From: Bdellovibrio sp.
Lineage (GTDB): Bacteria; Bdellovibrionota; Bdellovibrionia; Bdellovibrionales; Bdellovibrionaceae
DNA: 64,000 nucleotides
Reading direction: 5' to 3'
NCBI GenBank assembly: GCA_036677065.1
Contig: JAKFBS010000004.1
Span: 544,001-608,000, forward strand
Under the pieces are notes generated by a model, which did no database searches, was not told the origin of the DNA, and was given only the letters and a program-made list of their open reading frames with translations. Positions 57,234 through 64,000 of the stretch are shown in pieces; the first letter of the stretch is position 1; each line of letters begins with the position of its first letter. Made by a program: the position numbers and the translations under genes.

Positions 57234-59105
57234 ATGAAAACAATTAAATTAGCCCCGTTTATTTTAGGTATGGTTTTCTCGGCTCAGGCATTTTCTCAGG
57301 TTGTTCCAGCCGGAGTTGCCGCTGCACCAGTAAATGTTATCACTCCGGTGGTATCTACAGTTGCTGTTCCGCTAACTAGTGAAACACTGGTTCTGCGCAG
57401 CCAAGGTGCTTTACTGCAGCATGTGTATTTAAATAAAGTAAACGAACTACTTATGTTAGCAGATGCCGAGGGTATGCAACGTGACTGGTTTGTTGATGAC
57501 CAAGTTGCAAATTTATTAAATTCTTATGCGCAGGCAAATAATGCAAATGAACTGCGTAAAGCGGCTTATAATGTTGTTTACAAAATGATGACGATTTTAA
57601 ATCGTGGGTATGTTCAGCCAGAGCAATTAGGCGACAAAACTCTGATTAGCGTTGCTAAAATTAAAGGGTCGGCTAAAGGGCTACCGGCCTTGATCCAAAA
57701 AGAATTATTTCGTTTTGAAAAAGGTGAAATCTCGGCAGAACAATTGTTTGCAACGTTTCGCCCAAAAAATGCCAGTTATTCAAGATTATTATCAATGTAT
57801 CAAAAAATTTCGACAATGTATAAAAACGGTCAGGTATCAGACGCAGAAATTCCTGCAACACTGACTGTAATTAAAAAAGGTTCAAAAGATGCAGCTACGA
57901 TTAAATTTGCCCGTAACCGTTTAGCTTTATTGGGTTATCCGAATAACGAACTTGATTCCACTTACACAGATGATTTAAAACTTGCGATTGAACAGTTACA
58001 AGAAAATAATCTTTTATCTATCGATGGAGTTATCGGTAAAAACAGCTATGGTTTAATCACTACGCCAATCGCGCAGATTATTACGCGTTTAAAAATTAAC
58101 TTAGACCGTTCTCGTTGGTTACCAGATGATTTAACTTCTGAATTTGTTCACGTTAACTTAGCAGCTCAGCGTTTTTTCTATTATAAAGATAACGCTATTG
58201 CTTTAACATTCAGAACCATTAACGGAGCGAAAGATCGTCCAACACCGATTTTAACAAGTAAAATCACAACGATGATTTTAAACCCAACTTGGACAGTTGC
58301 ACCGACTCCATATTTTAAAGATAAAACCAAAATGTTTTCAGGCTGGGGCGGCCTTGATGATGTAAATGAAAAGCGTTACACATTCTTGGTTGAAAATCTA
58401 AAAATCATCGAAGAGTACAACCAGCAATATAAAATGGCCACTGGCGAAGAATATCCTTTCATCGATGTGATCAGAAGATCTACGAATCCAATGGATAACA
58501 CAATTAATGCCACGACAGAAAACTGGCCAGCTTTTATGAAGCTATTTCAAGACGAAAAAGCAAGATTTGAAGCAACTGGTTTAAGACCAGATAAAACAGC
58601 CCGCGCTTTACGTATCGTGCAAAGACCAGGTGGCGAACAAAATGCATTAGGTTGGATTAAGTTTCCTCTGAATGGAACAAACAGCATTTACATGCATGAT
58701 ACCAATGATAGAAAGTTATTTGGTAATACTGACCGCATGTTGAGTTCTGGTTGTGTTCGTATGGAAAAACCTTGGGATTTAGCGATCATGTTGCTTGGTG
58801 GTACTCGTGACCCATTAACTGGAGAATATCTTGGTGCGACGATTGATCCTTTAACTGGAATGTCTCATACAGTTGAGTCTTTACACGCCAGAACTATTAC
58901 GCGTTTTCCGATTGCGGATAGACCAGATCCAAATTTAGATCTAGGTCGCTCAGTGCCAGTTTACTTTCTTTACGATACAGCACACATCAATGACATTGGT
59001 CAGATGACATTAGTTAAAGATAATTACGGTATTGATTTAGACATGTACAAGTTAATGATGGGAATTCCGTTAGTGAGCACTACAGCAGGACCAGCAGGAG
59101 AATAG
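57234..59105 (+). CDS. L,D-transpeptidase, YcbB/LdtD-like with peptidoglycan-binding domain
   Basis: LQENNLLSIDGVIG (PG-binding), NLDRSRWLP, NPTWTV, NALGWIKF, IYMHDT...SSGCVR. Confidence 0.92.
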   Translation: MKTIKLAPFILGMVFSAQAFSQVVPAGVAAAPVNVITPVVSTVAVPLTSETLVLRSQGALLQHVYLNKVNELLMLADAEGMQRDWFVDDQVANLLNSYAQANNANELRKAAYNVVYKMMTILNRGYVQPEQLGDKTLISVAKIKGSAKGLPALIQKELFRFEKGEISAEQLFATFRPKNASYSRLLSMYQKISTMYKNGQVSDAEIPATLTVIKKGSKDAATIKFARNRLALLGYPNNELDSTYTDDLKLAIEQLQENNLLSIDGVIGKNSYGLITTPIAQIITRLKINLDRSRWLPDDLTSEFVHVNLAAQRFFYYKDNAIALTFRTINGAKDRPTPILTSKITTMILNPTWTVAPTPYFKDKTKMFSGWGGLDDVNEKRYTFLVENLKIIEEYNQQYKMATGEEYPFIDVIRRSTNPMDNTINATTENWPAFMKLFQDEKARFEATGLRPDKTARALRIVQRPGGEQNALGWIKFPLNGTNSIYMHDTNDRKLFGNTDRMLSSGCVRMEKPWDLAIMLLGGTRDPLTGEYLGATIDPLTGMSHTVESLHARTITRFPIADRPDPNLDLGRSVPVYFLYDTAHINDIGQMTLVKDNYGIDLDMYKLMMGIPLVSTTAGPAGE

Positions 59106-59112
59106 TCATTTC

Positions 59113-59577
59113 ATGAAAAATATTTTAATCAGTTTCTTCTTAGTCAGTAGTTCGTTAATTGCAAACGCCAACGACATCGCACAGAACGTAAATTCTGAGT
59201 TGGCCAAAGTAGAAACCGAAATGAATGCTTGTGGTGCTGTAATGCCAGTTAACAAGCTGATCGCCCAAGGAAAAAACGATCGCTCAGGTGCGATCGTTGA
59301 TTCTTTAATTGCCGCTTTGAAAAATGATCACCTAGGCACTTATTCTAAATCGGGTGCCGCAATGGCTTTACGTCAAATCGGCGACGAGCGCGCAATAGCT
59401 GGTTTACAAAAGTCTGCGGATACCGCTACTGATGCGATGTTAAAATCTATTTCTCAGGACGCTATTTCTTTAATTAAAGGTGAATTCAAAAGCGAAGGTA
59501 AAATCTATGTTTATTCATTCGCCATCAAAAAACTAAAAACGGATTGTGAAGCAGGACTTTCAGAAATCGTAAAATAA
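59113..59577 (+). CDS. Secreted HEAT-repeat protein
   Basis: Signal peptide; AAMALRQIGDERAIAGL. Confidence 0.7.
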   Translation: MKNILISFFLVSSSLIANANDIAQNVNSELAKVETEMNACGAVMPVNKLIAQGKNDRSGAIVDSLIAALKNDHLGTYSKSGAAMALRQIGDERAIAGLQKSADTATDAMLKSISQDAISLIKGEFKSEGKIYVYSFAIKKLKTDCEAGLSEIVK

Positions 59578-59640
59578 TTGCTTAATTTTCAACGCTCGTG
59601 TTTTCGGTTTACACTTTTTGTAAACCGAAATACAGAGTAA

Positions 59641-59675
59641 AAAAAAAGCCAAGGTCTTATCCTTGGCTTTTTTTT
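59641..59675. terminator. Bidirectional rho-independent terminator
   Basis: A7-GCCAAGG-loop-CCTTGGC-T8 between convergent operons. Confidence 0.88.
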
Positions 59676-59743
59676 AATGAGATTTTTTTTATTAAGTACG
59701 CTGTGCCGACGGTAAAGATCCGGCACAAGAGTGCCGCGCGAAA

Positions 59744-60907
59744 TTATCTTTCAGAGATCGGTTTCACATTTCTTTGAGGCGCGCCGATGTACTCAGATAA
59801 CGGGCGGATGATTCTGTTATTCGCCGCTTGTTCCATAATGTGGGCTGACCAACCAGTAGTGCGCGCCATTACGAAAATCGGAGTGAAGAAATCGATTTCA
59901 AAGCCCATCATGTAGTAAGCAGGACCTGCTGGGAAATCTAAGTTAGGGTAGATTTTCTTTTTCTCGACCATTACTTTTTCTAGAGATGAATACATTTGCA
60001 TCCATTTTTGTTCGCCAGTGACATCAGCCATAACTTGCGCGTATTTTTTCATTGTCGGAACACGTGAATCACCTGATTTGTAAACGCGGTGGCCAAAGCC
60101 CATAACTTTACGTTTGTTCGCTAATGCGTCTAACATCCATTGCTCAGCTTTTTCTGCATCTGCAATTTCGATCATCATGTGCATAACCATTTCATTGGCT
60201 CCGCCATGTAAAGGCCCTTTTAAAGCGCCGATACCAGCAGTCGTTGCAGAATAAATGTCAGATTGAGTTGATGTTACAACGCGCGCAGTGAAAGTCGAAG
60301 CGTTGAAAGAATGTTCAGCGTAAAGAATTAAAGAGACATCAAATGCTTTAACCACTTTTGCGTCTGGTACTTTGCCAAAACACATGTGAAAGAAGTTTTC
60401 TGCGATTGATAAATTTGGGTTTGGAGCAATAAAGTCTAAACCTTTTTTAAAACGGTAATCAGCGGCAACCATTGTAGGGATTTTTGCTAGTAAGCGGATG
60501 GCTTTATCCATGTTTACAGCCGGAGATGCATCCCAGATTCTTTCGTCTTCACAACCTAAAAATGATACACCAGTGCGGATTGAATCCATCGGGTGACACT
60601 TTTTAGGTAGAGCTTTGATTACATTTAAATTGTCTTTAGAAATATCACGTAATGATTTTTCTTTTGCAGAGAATTCAGCAAGTTGAGCTTTATTCGGAAG
60701 TTCGCCGTTATACATTAAAAATGCGACTTCTTCGAATGTACAGTTTTCAGCTAAATCTTGAACAGGGTAACCACGGTAAACTAATGAATTAGTCTCGGCA
60801 TTTACTTTAGATACAGATGATGTATCCATAACAACGCCTTCAAGACCTTTTTTAACGTTCATTTTTTCTGGTTCAGCTACGTAATCCGGATTGATATATT
60901 CAGCCAT
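59744..60907 (-). CDS. prpC: 2-methylcitrate synthase
   Basis: KKGLEGV, AEHSFNASTF, GPLHGGANE, GFGHRVY, PNLDF; in the prp operon. Confidence 0.93.
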   Translation of the reverse strand: MAEYINPDYVAEPEKMNVKKGLEGVVMDTSSVSKVNAETNSLVYRGYPVQDLAENCTFEEVAFLMYNGELPNKAQLAEFSAKEKSLRDISKDNLNVIKALPKKCHPMDSIRTGVSFLGCEDERIWDASPAVNMDKAIRLLAKIPTMVAADYRFKKGLDFIAPNPNLSIAENFFHMCFGKVPDAKVVKAFDVSLILYAEHSFNASTFTARVVTSTQSDIYSATTAGIGALKGPLHGGANEMVMHMMIEIADAEKAEQWMLDALANKRKVMGFGHRVYKSGDSRVPTMKKYAQVMADVTGEQKWMQMYSSLEKVMVEKKKIYPNLDFPAGPAYYMMGFEIDFFTPIFVMARTTGWSAHIMEQAANNRIIRPLSEYIGAPQRNVKPISER

Positions 60908-60916
60908 GGTATTCTC

Positions 60917-61819
60917 CTATGTGTTTAATTTAAAGTTAAAAATCGATTGGTCAAACGAGTTGTACGCTTCGTAATTTGTTAGATCGTACAATTGTTGACG
61001 AGTTTGCATCATTGGAATCGCTTCTTCTTGTGAACCAGTCTTTTTGATAATATCAAGACCCGCAGAAGTTGCACCCATGGCTAAACGTAAAGTTGTCACC
61101 GGGTAGATCACCATGTTGTAACCAAGGTTTTCTAATTCAGTTTTAGAGTAAAGTTTGCCTTTACCGAATTCAGTCATGTTTGCTAAAAGTGGAACTGAAA
61201 TCGCTTTTCTCATCGCTTCGAATTCTTTTTCGTTTTGCATAGCTTCGGGAAAAATCATTTCAGCACCAGCATCAACGTAAGCTTTGGCGCGGTCGATGGC
61301 TTTATCTAAACCTTCTGAAGCGCGAGAATCTGTGCGTGCGATAATTAAGAAATTTGCATCTAATTTTTTACCATTAACTGCGGCTCTGATTTTTTTAGTC
61401 ATTTGTGATGTTTCAACCACAGATTTATTATCAAGGTGACCGCAGCGTTTTGGATTTTCTTGATCTTCAAGATGGCAACCCGCTAAACCCATTTCGATAA
61501 ATTCTTGGATCGTGCGGGTTACATTCATTGGTTCGCCCCAGCCAGTGTCAGCGTCGATAATTGCTGGAAGCTTTGTAGTGCGCGCGATTTGACGACCGCG
61601 GTTTGCAACTTCTGTTAAAGTTGTCAAACCGATGTCTGGATAGCCTAGATCATTTGATAGAACAGATCCCGAGATGTAAACACCGTCAAAACCTTTTTGT
61701 TCAATCATCATACTCGCCAGCGGAGAAAACGATCCGGGAAACTGTAAAAGTTTTCCCGTTTTTAATTGATCACGAAAATTCTTTCTTTTTTCAGCCGCTG
61801 TAAGAGTAGGAAACATCAT
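60917..61819 (-). CDS. prpB: Methylisocitrate lyase
   Basis: DADTGWG, LEDQENPKRCGHL, ARTD, ANMTEFG. Confidence 0.95.
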   Translation of the reverse strand: MMFPTLTAAEKRKNFRDQLKTGKLLQFPGSFSPLASMMIEQKGFDGVYISGSVLSNDLGYPDIGLTTLTEVANRGRQIARTTKLPAIIDADTGWGEPMNVTRTIQEFIEMGLAGCHLEDQENPKRCGHLDNKSVVETSQMTKKIRAAVNGKKLDANFLIIARTDSRASEGLDKAIDRAKAYVDAGAEMIFPEAMQNEKEFEAMRKAISVPLLANMTEFGKGKLYSKTELENLGYNMVIYPVTTLRLAMGATSAGLDIIKKTGSQEEAIPMMQTRQQLYDLTNYEAYNSFDQSIFNFKLNT

Positions 61820-63328
61820 CTAGAAGATACCTTTTTGGTCGCGTTTGTTGTTGATTAATTTGTCGATTGGAATTTGAACGTTCAACTGCTGAACTTCAGC
61901 AGCTGTTAATTCTGGTAAGCGCTCACATAAAGAAATAAAACGGTTACGTTCTTCTTTTGTGATCACTTCAGAAGTTAATGTATCAAACTTGCGGATGTAA
62001 TCTGCGCGTTTGAATGGTTTTGCTCCTGCAGGATGCGCGTTAGCCACACCTAATTCATCAACGATTTTATCACCGTTGTTCATGGTGATTTCAACACGGC
62101 CACCGAACATTTTTTTGTTTGGGTCTTGGTCGTGGTAAGCTTCAGTCCATTTTGCTTCTTCAGTCGTTGTGATTTTATTCCATAAACGTACTGTATCAGG
62201 GCGGTTAGCGCGCTCTGGAGAATATGAGTCTACATGGTGCCAAGTGCCATCTTGTAAAGCTACAGCGAAGATGTACATGATTGAGTGATCTAATGTTTCG
62301 CGAGACGCTTTAGGGTCCATTTTTTGTGGATCATTCGCGCCAGTACCGATCACGTAATGTGTATGGTGAGACGTGTGGATCACAACTGATTTAATATCAT
62401 CGAAGTTAGTGATTTTAGTTTTCATACGCGAAGCTAAATCGATTAACGCTTGTGATTGGTATTCAGCAGAATGTTCTTTAGTGTAAGTTTCAAGGATGGC
62501 GCGTTTTTCTTCGCCAACTTCTGGAAGTGGTACAACGTATTTACCATCTTTTCCATCAAGGCAGTAAGCAATAACTGAATCTTCACCTTCATAAATCGGA
62601 GACGGGGCGCCTTCGCCGCGCATAGTTCTATCAACTGCTTCGATAGCTAATTTACCCGCGTGAGCAGGAGCATAAGCTTTCCAAGAAGAAATTTCACCTT
62701 TACGTGATTGGCGAGTTGTAAATGATACGTGAACCGCTTGTTGAATCGCTTGGAACACAGTTTCAGTTGGTAAACCTAAAAGCGTACCGATGCCGCCTGC
62801 AGAAGCTGGGCATAAATGCGCAATGTGATCTTTTTTATGTTTGTGTAAGCAAATTCCTTTTACTAGATCTACGTGTAATTCGTAACCAGCAACGATAGCT
62901 TTTAATAACTCTTTACCGTTTTTACCAGTTTGTTGAGCCACAGCTAAGATTGGTGGAATGTTATCACCTGGGTGAGAGTAATCTGCCGCTAAGAAAGTAT
63001 CATGGTAATCTAATTCTCGAACCGCAGTTCCATTAGCCCAAGCTGCCCATTCACAAGAAAACTTTTGATCATTCGGCATTCCAAAAACAGTAGCACCACC
63101 AGCACGTGGGTGAGCTAATGCCATGGCGCGAGCTGAAGCTACTGGATGACGGTTAGCAGCTGCGATAGCCACAGAAGCATTATCGATAATGCGGTTAATA
63201 ACCATGTCGATAACGTCTTCTTTGATGGGAGCGTTATCAGTACAGATTTCAGCCATTTTCCAAGCTAGTTGGTCACGGCGTTCTAATTTTTCTTTAGATG
63301 GGTAAACGCGAACGGTATGTTGACGCAT
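61820..63328 (-). CDS. prpD: 2-methylcitrate dehydratase (MmgE/PrpD)
   Basis: [38 protein letters not shown]. Confidence 0.95.
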   Translation of the reverse strand: MRQHTVRVYPSKEKLERRDQLAWKMAEICTDNAPIKEDVIDMVINRIIDNASVAIAAANRHPVASARAMALAHPRAGGATVFGMPNDQKFSCEWAAWANGTAVRELDYHDTFLAADYSHPGDNIPPILAVAQQTGKNGKELLKAIVAGYELHVDLVKGICLHKHKKDHIAHLCPASAGGIGTLLGLPTETVFQAIQQAVHVSFTTRQSRKGEISSWKAYAPAHAGKLAIEAVDRTMRGEGAPSPIYEGEDSVIAYCLDGKDGKYVVPLPEVGEEKRAILETYTKEHSAEYQSQALIDLASRMKTKITNFDDIKSVVIHTSHHTHYVIGTGANDPQKMDPKASRETLDHSIMYIFAVALQDGTWHHVDSYSPERANRPDTVRLWNKITTTEEAKWTEAYHDQDPNKKMFGGRVEITMNNGDKIVDELGVANAHPAGAKPFKRADYIRKFDTLTSEVITKEERNRFISLCERLPELTAAEVQQLNVQIPIDKLINNKRDQKGIF

Positions 63329-63385
63329 ATGGGATCTCCTTTTGAAGCTTAGCGCGCGAGGGCGCGCGAATCTTCAAAAATTATC

Positions 63386-64000
63386 CTAGAAGATGCCGAC
63401 TGACAAATGAAAAGCCCCTTCTGACTCGTAGCTCTTTCTGTCGAGCTTTCGGGCATATTCTAAATTAAGCGGACCAACTGGCGTATTGTAGCGTAAGCCT
63501 ACTCCGGCAGCATCGCGGTAGCGGTCGTCGAATGAAATATGATCCACAATCACTTCGCCGCCGTCATAAAATACAGCACCCGCTAAGTTTTCAGAGCCAA
63601 ACAGCGGAAACCTGAATTCTGATTTGATTAATTGGTAAACTGAATAATTGTCTAGTTTGTAGTTCGCCGGAAGTTGCAGGTTTGTGGTCGGGAAAAATTC
63701 GCTCGACTCAAAACCACGTATTGTAGATCTTCCGCCTAAAATAAAACCTTTTTTATCAAAGGGAACACCAAATTCGTGGGTGCCCAGAGTTTTAACATAA
63801 CCTGCACGGTAAGAGTTGACCCAGATCAAACCTTTTTCTTCCCAAATGGGCTTGTAAAGCGTGAACTGGCCGGTGGCGCGGTAAAAATCATCGACATTGT
63901 GATTACCCTCAGATGAATATTCTAAAGTCAGGCGTGTCCAGTGGCCGTCAGTCGGATTTAAAATATTATCACGGTAATCAATATCAATGGTTGGTCCAAG
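63386..64000 (-). CDS. Omp85 (BamA/TamA) family outer-membrane protein, 5'-partial
   Basis: Frame open from the window end (DYRDNILNPTDG); LGGRSTIRGF, GVGLRYNTPVGPL, terminal F. Confidence 0.9.
   Translation of the reverse strand, partial: LGPTIDIDYRDNILNPTDGHWTRLTLEYSSEGNHNVDDFYRATGQFTLYKPIWEEKGLIWVNSYRAGYVKTLGTHEFGVPFDKKGFILGGRSTIRGFESSEFFPTTNLQLPANYKLDNYSVYQLIKSEFRFPLFGSENLAGAVFYDGGEVIVDHISFDDRYRDAAGVGLRYNTPVGPLNLEYARKLDRKSYESEGAFHLSVGIF

Noticed and set aside
1..64000. CRISPR array, IS/transposase, prophage, rRNA, recognised anti-phage defence genes
   Set aside because: No regularly spaced direct repeats or diagnostic protein motifs seen.

Overview
AT-rich bacterial chromosomal segment. 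Gene content and style (many lineage-specific secreted proteins and lipoproteins, two L,D-transpeptidases, a TIGR02147/DUF4423-like HTH protein, the class V aminotransferase-serA-purA cluster) suggest a Bdellovibrionota (Bdellovibrio/Pseudobdellovibrio-like) predator; this taxonomy is inference. About 1-51.4 kb is a patchwork of accessory genes: signalling, stress, envelope, transporters and hypotheticals. From 51.5 kb to the end is mostly housekeeping: tRNA-Glu, tRNA-Lys, purA, serA-like, aminotransferase, lptE, holA, prpDBC and a partial BamA/TamA gene. I saw no integrase, transposase, CRISPR array or rRNA. The most interesting signals: (i) a cassette of operator array, secreted Cys protein, HTH regulator and an unannotated secreted Gly-rich peptide; (ii) a 154-nt multibranch structured element between convergent genes; (iii) a uORF plus competing stems ahead of an rsgA gene; (iv) a Fur-family locus with a repeated TATTGC-N8-GCAATA palindrome and a GcvH-like protein lacking its lipoyl lysine; (v) a zinc-peptidase/ATP-grasp ligase operon with a sigma28-like promoter; (vi) a receiver-domain cluster with no kinase catalytic domain. 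All family assignments are by motif recognition only; no searches were run.
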